DNA from: Promethearchaeota archaeon
Lineage (GTDB): Archaea; Asgardarchaeota; Heimdallarchaeia; Hodarchaeales; Hodarchaeaceae
NCBI GenBank assembly: GCA_048938105.1
Contig: JBHLMN010000015.1
Coordinates: forward strand, 1 to 64,000
Length of the DNA stretch: 64,000 nt
Direction of reading: 5' to 3'
Position numbers and translations under genes: made by a program
The notes under the pieces: model-generated
The model's database searches: none
What the model was told of the DNA's origin: nothing
What the model saw: only the letters and a program-made list of their open reading frames with translations
In this document: in pieces, positions 9,087 through 18,939 of the stretch
Layout of the letters: each line of letters starts with the position of its first letter
Numbering within the stretch: position 1 is the first letter of the stretch

Positions 9087-10844
9087 GTGTCTGAAATGAG
9101 TATAATAGAATTTCCCGCTGAGCTGGCGATTTTTGCGGATCGTATTAATGATTATTGGATTAGCAAAATAAAAAATGAGTTATCGAAAATCCAAGAAAAA
9201 AGCCCTACTCTGAAGCTGGATGACTGGTATTTCCTTATTCGGAATCTTCTTGAAGACGAAGAAAACACTTCAAGCGTACTTTGGGCATTATGCTCAAAAA
9301 TAGCATGGATTCAGGCTGATATAGAGTTTTTCAAAAATAAATCCGAATTCCTTATCGGAGAAGCTGAAATACAATCTGATCCACTCTTATTATCCTATAT
9401 TGGAGCAGGGATTACAGAATTTATCAATGCAGACAGCGGTATTACAATGATAGGAGAGGGATTCTCCCAATTAAAGGCTTCTAAAGATTGGCTTGCATTA
9501 CTTGACATAACAATCCCATACATTCTCTTATTAAGCAACTCTAACAGAAAGACTACTTTCAAAGAAATATATTTGACCACTGAACAAGTTTTTGAAGATG
9601 AATTGAGCTCTAATCCAAAATATGAGCACTTATTTATACCTATACAGGCTTTCGCATTTAAAAAGGGGATATTGGGGCCTGAAATCCAAATAGATCTCTT
9701 TAACTCTTTAAAGCTGATGAAAAAATCTCGAAATCATTTGAATATAGGACTTCTTTACACTTTGATGTCTCATAAAGAAGAAGATGAGGCTTTCGAGAGA
9801 CATTTAGAAGCTGCAATTCAAGAATTTCAAATGATCAATGCCAATAATCGCTTAATTATAGCTTATACAAATTACGCAAATTACTGTGCTTCCAAGGCGA
9901 AACATGAGGAAGCTTCTGAATATTTATCAAAAGCATTTTCATTAACAAAATTATTGAATAAGGGAATCGATAGTAGTTTATCTCTTTACCCATTAATCCA
10001 ACAAGCTTGGCTTCTTGTTGAACAAGGGCAATTACAAGAAGCGAAGGAGACTTTTAAAATCATTCTTGAGAAAGCTCAAACTTTTTATTGTTCCCACCAC
10101 CAAATAAAAGTAGAATATGGTCTGGCTTATGTTTTTTTCCTAGAATCACAAGATGATCTCGCATTAACTCATGCAAAACAAGCCCTTTCAATTGCTGAAG
10201 GCCTAGAAATAAAGGATCCACAGTTTCAATATGATATCCAAATGAAATATGCTGATTTTCTCATCGATCTTAATAGACTAGATATGGTTTCTAGTCTTTT
10301 TGAGACAGTTAATACTGATGATCTAAAAAACTGCTCAAAAGCTTATTATAATTACATCAAAGGGAAATATGAGTTTCGCGTGCATAATATTGGTATAGCA
10401 AAGGCATTTTTACATGATGCAATGAAACTAGCTGAAGCTGATTGTCCTGATTTTCGATCGACTCTTCTATATACACTAGCAGAAGTATATCTAAATGAAT
10501 ATAGGCTTTCTGAGGATTCTAATATACTTCAGGAAGCCCAAAAAATGATTAATGAAAGTTTAGAGAAACTTGTAGGTGTTCCTGAACGTACAAAGGGGAA
10601 ATGCCTCCTATCTATTATGCTTTCAGCCCAAGGACGTAATGAAGAGGCTGAAGAGCTCCTTGAAACCCTTATAACTGATTCATCGAAGGCCATTCCTCGC
10701 TTTCAGACCTTAGCTGAGAAATTATTAGAAAATATTCACAAAAGTAGAGTTGGAAGTACACCAATTTCCCCAATAACAAATATAAGAGATGCCCTTCGAT
10801 ATCTTCGAGATGCAAAAACAATGATTGACTCTCAATCCCGCTGA
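9087..10844 (+). CDS. Tetratricopeptide-repeat / alpha-solenoid protein
   Basis: Repeated TPR-like helices (EEASEYLSKAF, QEAKETFKIIL, GRNEEAEELLE). Confidence 0.65.
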   Translation: MSEMSIIEFPAELAIFADRINDYWISKIKNELSKIQEKSPTLKLDDWYFLIRNLLEDEENTSSVLWALCSKIAWIQADIEFFKNKSEFLIGEAEIQSDPLLLSYIGAGITEFINADSGITMIGEGFSQLKASKDWLALLDITIPYILLLSNSNRKTTFKEIYLTTEQVFEDELSSNPKYEHLFIPIQAFAFKKGILGPEIQIDLFNSLKLMKKSRNHLNIGLLYTLMSHKEEDEAFERHLEAAIQEFQMINANNRLIIAYTNYANYCASKAKHEEASEYLSKAFSLTKLLNKGIDSSLSLYPLIQQAWLLVEQGQLQEAKETFKIILEKAQTFYCSHHQIKVEYGLAYVFFLESQDDLALTHAKQALSIAEGLEIKDPQFQYDIQMKYADFLIDLNRLDMVSSLFETVNTDDLKNCSKAYYNYIKGKYEFRVHNIGIAKAFLHDAMKLAEADCPDFRSTLLYTLAEVYLNEYRLSEDSNILQEAQKMINESLEKLVGVPERTKGKCLLSIMLSAQGRNEEAEELLETLITDSSKAIPRFQTLAEKLLENIHKSRVGSTPISPITNIRDALRYLRDAKTMIDSQSR

Positions 10845-10902
10845 TTTATTACTTCCGAAAACATTGAGAGACTTTATTTGAATCTAAATGAAAATATGAT
10901 TC

Positions 10903-12375
10903 TTATAAGCAATAATGGTTAAAATAATAATCTATTGGTTCTACATCTAATCTTTTTTTCCAACTCTGGTAGGATCCTCCTCTATCTGCAACATCGATCA
11001 TGATAGGGGTTAATTCACGTCCTCCAATTGAGAGAATAGCCTGTATTGCTGCCCAGTGGACTGGAAATCTTTTCTGATGAATCGATTTAGGCAAATGTTC
11101 TTTAAGAATCCTAAGTCCAGCCTGAATTTCTCTGAAATTATTACATTTTTTTTCCATTCTTGTTCCACGTTTTGGAATCAATGGTGTTACAGAGATACTA
11201 AGTCGGAGAGAAGAACATAATTCAGCTAGACTGTTAAGAAAATCTATTATTTCATATGATTCCATAATTGGATCCGAGGTTAATCCACAAATAAAGTAAA
11301 GTTTAAGTTCTTGGATTTTATTTTGCTCAGCTTTTTGAACAAAATCAGAAACTTGTAAATTGGTTATTTTTTTCCCTATATTAAACCGAACATCCTCTGA
11401 TGCGCTTTCAGGAGCAATACTAAGACTTTTTAACCCACTTCGTTTTATTTGCTCTAGCATTTTAATTCCTGAATCGATTCTAATACTGGGAAGAGAGAAT
11501 TTATATTTTTTTTCAATTAAGTATTCTAAAAGGTCTATAATTTGAGAATAATCAGCTGTACTCGACCCAATGAGAGAAAAGAAGTTTGTCTTAGTTTCTA
11601 TGCCTCCTTTATCAACAATTCTATATAAATTGTTTAGGGATCTCTCTCTTAGAGGGCGAAAAGCGTTTCCTATTAAACAAAAGTGACAACCATGAATACA
11701 TCCTCTTGATACCTGCAGGAAGTAACCATCCAAAACACCTTTTCTTTCTCTCCGTCCACTAATTGGACGGACTTGAGCGGTTGGATAATTGACATCATTG
11801 AGATTTCGTGTTATAAAAGGGGTTAAATGTGTAATAGAATCTTCAGAGGAAAAAAACCCAGAAAGAGATAGGATCGTTTCCTTTAAAATACCGTGCTTAC
11901 TTGAAATAATTGCTTCTAGAAAATCATTAGAAATTGATTCGAATTCTCCTGAAAAAATAATGTCAAAAATGTCAAAAATTGGTTCAGGATTAGTAGTGAC
12001 TGTTGGACCTCCAGCTAACAATAAAGGATGGTCAGGAGTCCGGTCTTTCATATAAACAGGGATACCAGATCGTAGTAACATTCTAATGGCATTGATATAA
12101 TCAAGTTCAAACTGAAAAGAGAAAGCTAGAAGATCAAATTGAGTGAGTGTTTTTCCAGTTTCAATTGATCTTGGAGGGCCAGGTAGATCAGCGAAAAAGA
12201 AGATTCGTTCTGTAAAAACATTTCTATGTTGATTCAAAAGATGATATAAAAGTTTAACCGTTAATCCTGACATTCCTATAGAATATGAGTTGGGATACAC
12301 CAATCCAATGCGCCAATGAGTATCATGAATCGATTTTTGGACAACATTTATTTCTTTCAGACGAGTTATTCTCAT
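10903..12375 (-). CDS. Radical SAM protein with N-terminal B12-binding-like domain
   Basis: SRGCIHGCHFC (CxxxCxxC), YPNSYSIGMS, LPSIRID and IAPES motifs. Confidence 0.88.
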   Translation of the reverse strand: MRITRLKEINVVQKSIHDTHWRIGLVYPNSYSIGMSGLTVKLLYHLLNQHRNVFTERIFFFADLPGPPRSIETGKTLTQFDLLAFSFQFELDYINAIRMLLRSGIPVYMKDRTPDHPLLLAGGPTVTTNPEPIFDIFDIIFSGEFESISNDFLEAIISSKHGILKETILSLSGFFSSEDSITHLTPFITRNLNDVNYPTAQVRPISGRRERKGVLDGYFLQVSRGCIHGCHFCLIGNAFRPLRERSLNNLYRIVDKGGIETKTNFFSLIGSSTADYSQIIDLLEYLIEKKYKFSLPSIRIDSGIKMLEQIKRSGLKSLSIAPESASEDVRFNIGKKITNLQVSDFVQKAEQNKIQELKLYFICGLTSDPIMESYEIIDFLNSLAELCSSLRLSISVTPLIPKRGTRMEKKCNNFREIQAGLRILKEHLPKSIHQKRFPVHWAAIQAILSIGGRELTPIMIDVADRGGSYQSWKKRLDVEPIDYYFNHYCL

Positions 12376-12393
12376 ACTTGGTCGTACCTTACA

Positions 12394-13677
12394 TCATTCG
12401 AGATGTTTTTGGATTAGTCCTTTAATAGGATCATGATAGATTATGGTATTGGGGGGGATATCTTGGTTAATTAAAGTATGAGCACCAATTCTGGAATTTT
12501 CTCCAATAGTGATTCCAGGCATTAAAGAGACATTAATACCAGTCTTGACATTATCTCCCATAAAAACACCAAGCTTCCTCCTCCCTGTAGGGATTTGTTC
12601 ACCCTTTACGCTCATACTAATTTCATTATTATCTAGTCTTAAGTTAGCTACCTTAGTTCCAGCACCAAAATTACAATCTCTTCCAATAATAGAATCTCCT
12701 ACGTATGAAAGATGACCAATTGTGGTGTTATTAAGGATCACACTATTTTTGATTTCAACCGCATTTCCTACTCGTACATTGTTCCCTAAATATGTGTTTG
12801 GTCGAAGAAAACAATTTGGGCCTACAGTGACATTTTCATCAATAATAACTGGACCTTGAATGAAAGTACCTGCACGTAATGTCGCGCTATCTGCAAGTTT
12901 TATTGGGCCTTCAATTGTTACAGCAGAGGAAGGAGGAGAGACTGGTGGGAATTCTATTTTTTGCATTCCAACTTCATTAGCGGTTAGTAGATTCCACGGA
13001 TATCCAATATCTATCCAGTGATCTTTAATATAATAGATAGAAAAAAAGAATTTTTTCTGGTTTTGGATTAGCTGATTTAGGCCTTCTGTCAGTTCAATCT
13101 CCCCTCTACTAGATTTAGAAGTGTGATTTAAGTAATTAAAGATGGTTAAAGGCAAAACCATCATACCTGCATTAATATAGGCACTTGGAGGATCAGGATG
13201 TTTTTCTAATATTTTCACTAGTTTATCATCTATAATCTCTAGGCACCCATATTTTTCCGGATTTTTAACCTTTTTTGTTGAAAAAACACCCCCTGAAAGG
13301 TCATCAGATTGTCCTAACGTGATAATATCTTTGATTGTCTGCTGGCTAGTAAAAATATCCCCATACATCATAAAGAAAGGATCAGACTCAATATACTTTT
13401 CACAGATTTTTACTGCATGACCAGTTCCTCGCTGTTCTTGTTGGGTGACCCAACTGATCTCGAATGGATAGTTAATTTGATTTATAGTTTGCTTGATTAG
13501 ATCCGCCTTATGACCAATAACGATAACAACACGATTGATATTTTCTGATTCTGATAGCGTATCTAGAATATGACAAAGTAAAGGTTTTCCTGCTATCGGT
13601 ATTAGCGGCTTAGGGATGGTTTTAGTGAGAGGATACAGACGAGTCGCCTTACCAGCTGTAAGAATTAACGCTTCCAT
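12394..13677 (-). CDS. glmU: Archaeal bifunctional sugar-1-phosphate nucleotidyltransferase/acetyltransferase
   Basis: LTAGKATRLYPLT...PKPL, SSRGEIELT and WIDIGYPW motifs; left-handed beta-helix repeats. Confidence 0.9.
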   Translation of the reverse strand: MEALILTAGKATRLYPLTKTIPKPLIPIAGKPLLCHILDTLSESENINRVVIVIGHKADLIKQTINQINYPFEISWVTQQEQRGTGHAVKICEKYIESDPFFMMYGDIFTSQQTIKDIITLGQSDDLSGGVFSTKKVKNPEKYGCLEIIDDKLVKILEKHPDPPSAYINAGMMVLPLTIFNYLNHTSKSSRGEIELTEGLNQLIQNQKKFFFSIYYIKDHWIDIGYPWNLLTANEVGMQKIEFPPVSPPSSAVTIEGPIKLADSATLRAGTFIQGPVIIDENVTVGPNCFLRPNTYLGNNVRVGNAVEIKNSVILNNTTIGHLSYVGDSIIGRDCNFGAGTKVANLRLDNNEISMSVKGEQIPTGRRKLGVFMGDNVKTGINVSLMPGITIGENSRIGAHTLINQDIPPNTIIYHDPIKGLIQKHLE

Positions 13678-14002
13678 GTAATTACCTTCAGCAATAAGCC
13701 ATAATAAAGTTTCTAATCAAAAAATCTAGGAAACAAATCAAAAAATAAAAATATTTACCTCTAACCCTTAAATGTAGAATAAAGAGTAAATACTATTTCA
13801 GCTAAATCATTTGACATTATTTGAGGTAATCAGTCAGCCAAAAATTGTTTTTAAAATAGTACTAAATTCCAAGATAGAAGATATTCTAGGTTGTTGAAGA
13901 CAGGATCGTCCCTAGTTCCTTATTAAACTAATTTAATGAACTTTCTTATAAGTCCTGGCTTCCTAATCTTGATCTTCATTGGAATACTAAGTAATCAATC
14001 GG

Positions 14003-15934
14003 ATGCGATACACATTGACTGAAAAAAAGCTTGATTACGACAGTTTGGGTTTTAAAGCAGGGATAGAGATTCATGCACAGCTCTCCACTGAAAAGAAATT
14101 ATTTTGTTCCTGTTTGGCAACCTTGACAAATGAAAAACCACAAGCTATTGTTCAACGGAAATTTCGCCCAGTATTAGGTGAAATGGGGGTGTATGACCCA
14201 GCTTTACTAATTGAGTTTGAAAAAAAACACACAATTTTTTATGAAGTCTTTGATAGTGTCTGTACTTATGAATTAGATGAAACACCACCTTTTCCTATCA
14301 ATACTGAAGCTCTTTATGATTGCATAAAATTAGCAAAAATGATGAATTGTGAGATTGTTGAAGAAACAAATGTCTGCAGGAAAAATTATTTAGATGGATC
14401 TGTTCCGTGTGGTTTTCAAAGAACAGCTCTTATTGGTCATAGTGGACAGATTTCATTAATAAAAGATCCTTCAATGACTGAGGAAAAGAAATTAGCTATT
14501 TCTTGGATTTATATTGAAGAAGATGCCGCTCGTAAGGATAATGATCGAACAAAGGGTAAAAATATCTTTTTCAAATTAGATCGTTTAGGAATACCATTAA
14601 TTGAAATTGTAACAGATCATGGCTTAAACTCTCCTTCAGAAGTAGTTTCTGCAGCAAAAACATTAGGAATGTTGATCAAATCATCTGGAATAGTGCGTAA
14701 AGGATTAGGAAAAGTCCGACAGGACGTAAATGTGAGCATCAATGAAGGAGATCGGGTTGAGTTAAAGGGGATTCAACTACTTCAATTGATACCTATTGCT
14801 ATTGATATTGAAATAAAAAGACAACTGGGTTTGATATCTATTCAAAAGGAACTTCAAAGCCGAAACATTCAGCCTCAAGACATTCCTCTTCAGGTCTTAG
14901 ATGTTACAGAGGTTTTTTCAGACACTTCTTCTGATATAATTAAATCTGCCTTAAAACAAAAGAACCGAGTTTTAATTTTTCCTATTGCTGGATTTCAGGG
15001 ATTATTAAGTCAAGAATTGCAGCCAAATAAACGATTTGGAACAGAACTCTCCGATCGAGTTAAATCATTCACTAATTTAAAAGGAATAATCCATAGTGAT
15101 GAAGATTTAATGAATTATAGCTTTTCTGACAAAGAAATCTTAGAATTAACAGAAAAATGTCAGAAAAAAGTTTTTATTATAGTAATAGGAAAAAAAGAAG
15201 AAGCAAAAAGGGCTCTTTCCTTTGTACACGAGAGATTACTTGCTGCTTTCAATGGTGTTCATCAAGAAACTCGACATGTTGATGATGATGGAATTTCAAC
15301 ATTTACGAGAGATTTACATGGTAGGAGTAGACTGTATCCAGATACAGATCTTCCTCCCATAGTGATTGACTCAAATCGAGTTAAAAAGATAGAAGAAAAT
15401 CTACCTGAAAATTTTCTAACTCGGATTCAGCGCTTAAACAAACAATATTCTATTTCTAACGATTTGGCTGAAACTTTAATCTATGACGATAATGCTGACA
15501 TTTTTGAAGAATTAATACAAAAAGGGGCCCCTATCAAGGTAGTTATTACAACTTTAACTCAAACATTGACCGCTATCTCGAGGGAGGGGATTGATATCAA
15601 TAATATAACTGATACTCATTTATTAGAAATCTTTGAGGCACTAGGGTTGAATAAATTCTCCAAAGAAGCAATTCCAGATATCTTGGCAATAAAAGGTAAA
15701 GATCCAAAGAAATCATTACCAGATATCATGAGCGAGTTTGGTGGTGGAATGTCACAAAAAGAATTGGACAGCTTAATCCTTAAGGTTCTAAAATCCTCTC
15801 AAGATATTATAAGAGAACGTGGAATGAATGCATTCTCTCCCTTAATGGGACTAGTAATGAAAGAAGCTCGTGGGAGAATAGATGGAAAGATTGTAAGTGA
15901 AACTTTACGAAAACATCTCAGAAAACAAGCTTAA
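14003..15934 (+). CDS. gatE: Glu-tRNA(Gln) amidotransferase subunit E
   Basis: GIEIHAQL, KLFCSC, DGS..GFQRT, LDRLGIPLIEI, RQDVNVSI and RLYPDTD motifs. Confidence 0.95.
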   Translation: MRYTLTEKKLDYDSLGFKAGIEIHAQLSTEKKLFCSCLATLTNEKPQAIVQRKFRPVLGEMGVYDPALLIEFEKKHTIFYEVFDSVCTYELDETPPFPINTEALYDCIKLAKMMNCEIVEETNVCRKNYLDGSVPCGFQRTALIGHSGQISLIKDPSMTEEKKLAISWIYIEEDAARKDNDRTKGKNIFFKLDRLGIPLIEIVTDHGLNSPSEVVSAAKTLGMLIKSSGIVRKGLGKVRQDVNVSINEGDRVELKGIQLLQLIPIAIDIEIKRQLGLISIQKELQSRNIQPQDIPLQVLDVTEVFSDTSSDIIKSALKQKNRVLIFPIAGFQGLLSQELQPNKRFGTELSDRVKSFTNLKGIIHSDEDLMNYSFSDKEILELTEKCQKKVFIIVIGKKEEAKRALSFVHERLLAAFNGVHQETRHVDDDGISTFTRDLHGRSRLYPDTDLPPIVIDSNRVKKIEENLPENFLTRIQRLNKQYSISNDLAETLIYDDNADIFEELIQKGAPIKVVITTLTQTLTAISREGIDINNITDTHLLEIFEALGLNKFSKEAIPDILAIKGKDPKKSLPDIMSEFGGGMSQKELDSLILKVLKSSQDIIRERGMNAFSPLMGLVMKEARGRIDGKIVSETLRKHLRKQA

Positions 15935-15955
15935 TAATAGGAAGCGACAATCAAG

Positions 15956-17305
15956 ATGTCAGAAGATAAATATACTGGATACAGAGGTTCCGCATTAAAC
16001 TGGTTGAAAAATCAAGATTTAGAAGTTTGGGATGAAATAGAGATTACCAATGATGGTTTCTCAATGAAAGGAGTAATCTTACCAAGGAGCGAACTTGCTA
16101 AGCCTAATTTTATAAGTCTGAAGTTATCTACTGGTTATAATATTGGATTTAATGTAAAGAAGGATCAAGATATCAAAAAGATTGGCCATTTCATAGGTAA
16201 ATACCGCATTCCAAAAGCCGACATTGCTCAAAATCCTGATCAACCCTTTATTCCTTTATTAGGTTGTGGAGGTACGATTGCTTCTCGTTTGGATTACCAA
16301 ACGGGAGGAACAATTCCAGCGTTGACTCCTGAGGAACTTTTCTCATCTTTTCCTGAAATTACCGAATTAGCTCGGATTGAAACAAGTCTTTTATTTGATA
16401 TTTTTTCAGAGAATATTTCCTTCGAACACTATATCAAAATTTTAACAGAAATTGAATTTTTAATTAAAAATAAAGCACCTCAAGGAATTGTATTGACACA
16501 TGGCACTGATACAATGGCATTTACTGCAGCTGCCCTCTCATTTTCAATCACAAACCCACCTATTCCCATCGTTATTACAGGCTCCCAAAGGTCTTCTGAT
16601 CGCCCTTCATCCGATTCATTCTTTAATCTTTATAATTCTGTATTATATGCAGCTTCTCCTCAAGCGAAGAAAGAAGTAGTTGTTATCATGCACGAAAAGT
16701 CGTCAGACACTTCATGTGCTATTCATAGAGGTACAAGAGTCCGAAAAATGCATAGTAGTCGAAGAGACACCTTTAAGACGATTGGAGGTAGTCCATTAGG
16801 TAGAATTACCGAAGGAAAGATAGAATATGCGATGGAGGATGAAAATCTCTCAATAAATGCCGAATTGAAAAATGAATCTTATCGGATCACAAAAAATTTT
16901 GAAGAAAAGGTTGGTCTAATTTACCATTATCCAGGCATTCAACCAGAGGTGCTTGATTTCTATATCGAAACTGGATATAAAGGAATTGTAATAGCTGGGA
17001 CTGGACTTGGCCACATCTCATCTAATTTAATACCTACAATTGAAAAAGCAATTGAGAAAGGAATGATTGTAGTAATGACTACACAATGTCTGCACGGATT
17101 TACAGCTCTCTCGGTTTATGAAAGTGGAAGGCAACTCCAAAGAGCTGGTGTGATTCCTGTATTCAACATGCTGCCAGAAACTGCTTATATTAAGCTCGCA
17201 TATCTCTTAGGAAACTATCGAAAAGCAGAGAAAATTAAACTTTTAATGTCACAAAATCTTAAAGGAGAAATTACAACCCGTGAAAAGTTCCTAGAATTCC
17301 ATTAA
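15956..17305 (+). CDS. gatD: Glu-tRNA(Gln) amidotransferase subunit D
   Basis: GGTIASRLDY, HGTDTM, GSQRSSDRPSSD and RKMHSSRRD motifs. Confidence 0.95.
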   Translation: MSEDKYTGYRGSALNWLKNQDLEVWDEIEITNDGFSMKGVILPRSELAKPNFISLKLSTGYNIGFNVKKDQDIKKIGHFIGKYRIPKADIAQNPDQPFIPLLGCGGTIASRLDYQTGGTIPALTPEELFSSFPEITELARIETSLLFDIFSENISFEHYIKILTEIEFLIKNKAPQGIVLTHGTDTMAFTAAALSFSITNPPIPIVITGSQRSSDRPSSDSFFNLYNSVLYAASPQAKKEVVVIMHEKSSDTSCAIHRGTRVRKMHSSRRDTFKTIGGSPLGRITEGKIEYAMEDENLSINAELKNESYRITKNFEEKVGLIYHYPGIQPEVLDFYIETGYKGIVIAGTGLGHISSNLIPTIEKAIEKGMIVVMTTQCLHGFTALSVYESGRQLQRAGVIPVFNMLPETAYIKLAYLLGNYRKAEKIKLLMSQNLKGEITTREKFLEFH

Positions 17306-17534
17306 TTCGATATTAGTTATTATAATTAGATATGACTACAAGATGTATACAGGTTAATTCAATCATTAAAAGGAGTAAATAAGAAAAGCTTTTTATTCAG
17401 GATGAGATGAGGGTTAACCGCAATCTTACGGTGTTTTAGTGCCAACAAATGTTTCATCTATTAAACTTGCATTAAAAAAGTGTTCTTTCCCCTGTCCAGA
17501 TATTTTTAGCTAAAACGAAAGGAGATATTGAGAG

Positions 17535-18062
17535 TTGAACAACACCGAGTTTCGCACCTCTACTTCTATTGCTTCCGAGATAAATCGGTTGGTACGCGAA
17601 TTAGAAAACCGTCGTACCTTTGCTTCAGATTTTTACGAAGAATTACGGTCACACGCTTCATACTTAAAGGCTACAACTATTGGGTCTGATAGTGTGGATG
17701 AAAAGAAACGGAGATTCAAGAGAATTGGTGTTCTTCTGGAAGAACTAAAAGAAAATTATTGGGATATTACAGATTTGCTGATGGAACTGAATGGGATTGA
17801 AATCTTAACAAGTGATCTACTGGAACGAGGAACTCAGCTATCTAGGGATCTCGTTCTAGCTTTAAAACAAATGGAGCCGATTGCACGGAATACATATAAG
17901 AGTCTTCGGTCTAATGAGCTTAGATCAGTAGGTAATGATCTCCATACAGTTGTTGAAAACAAAAAATTTTTTGAGTTAGATGAGGTATTGAATAAGTTAT
18001 TCATAGAAATTGGACACAGATCGAGTCAACTTGAAGATTTACGACAAAAAAGAATCTTATGA
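17535..18062 (+). CDS. Hypothetical helical/coiled-coil protein
   Basis: 175-aa ORF with protein-like composition; no family recognised. Confidence 0.6.
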   Translation: MNNTEFRTSTSIASEINRLVRELENRRTFASDFYEELRSHASYLKATTIGSDSVDEKKRRFKRIGVLLEELKENYWDITDLLMELNGIEILTSDLLERGTQLSRDLVLALKQMEPIARNTYKSLRSNELRSVGNDLHTVVENKKFFELDEVLNKLFIEIGHRSSQLEDLRQKRIL

Positions 18063-18128
18063 GTATTTTTGCTCTAAGGCAAAAATACCTCTTTTCTCTT
18101 TTCTAATCCTGGGCGAGAAAATTCTTTC

Positions 18129-18695
18129 TCATTCAATAACTGGTTCTCCACAATTCGGGCATGAAAAAGCACCTGGTGGGATGTTAGTGCCACACTTCCT
18201 GCAGACCCATACTTCCTTTTCCTTGGATGCCGCCCATGCTTTTCTTGTTGGTTTTGGTTTAGCAGGTTTAGGTTTTACTTTAATAGCACTGCCAATTATA
18301 AAAGCTGTTGCACAAGTTACTAAAATACAGGCAGCTGTTCCTAAACCAAACTCAAGAATAGCAGTTGAGTTTTCCAATGCTGTTAGATTTAAAATAGATA
18401 TTAAACCTACTCCTAGTAATGTGCCAAAAAATCCTGCTATTGCACCCCAAAATCCATTCTTAGCTCGAACCCCTGCGACCATACCTGCAAGTGCCCATGC
18501 GCCAAAAACAGACCAAAAATCTATTAGATTATCAAATGACAGGAACATTCCATTAAACATTTGCGTATAGATTGTAGTTAAATCAAAAGAAGATACTGTC
18601 AATGTTGCCACCCCCCCTAGAACAGATGTGCCTACTCCGAAGGCCGCAATCGCGTTTAGTATAGGATTCGCTGTTTTTGTGCTTTCTTTTGTCAT
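18129..18695 (-). CDS. Membrane protein with C-terminal zinc ribbon
   Basis: Four hydrophobic helices, a Lys/Pro linker, then CRKCG...CPNCG. Confidence 0.75.
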   Translation of the reverse strand: MTKESTKTANPILNAIAAFGVGTSVLGGVATLTVSSFDLTTIYTQMFNGMFLSFDNLIDFWSVFGAWALAGMVAGVRAKNGFWGAIAGFFGTLLGVGLISILNLTALENSTAILEFGLGTAACILVTCATAFIIGSAIKVKPKPAKPKPTRKAWAASKEKEVWVCRKCGTNIPPGAFSCPNCGEPVIE

Positions 18696-18939
18696 GAGAA
18701 TTCAACCAGTGTGTTGTAAGAATCAAATTCTGTTGTCCAATTGGATTATAGAGGATTAAATATTTTTTTAATCCTAATCTCTAATTATAATTTCAGTCAT
18801 CGTCAGATTAATCTCACAGCAGGTATATATGATAAAGATTACTATCATTAATAAAGATACCTAGATTGGCTTAATACTTGATGTCAAAGGCCTGTTTAAG
18901 GAGTATCAGTACAGTAGAGAAAGGAGTCGTTCATGAAAC

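Noticed and set aside
18010-18570. 186-aa plus-strand ORF
   Set aside because: Antisense shadow of the membrane/Zn-ribbon gene at 18129-18695
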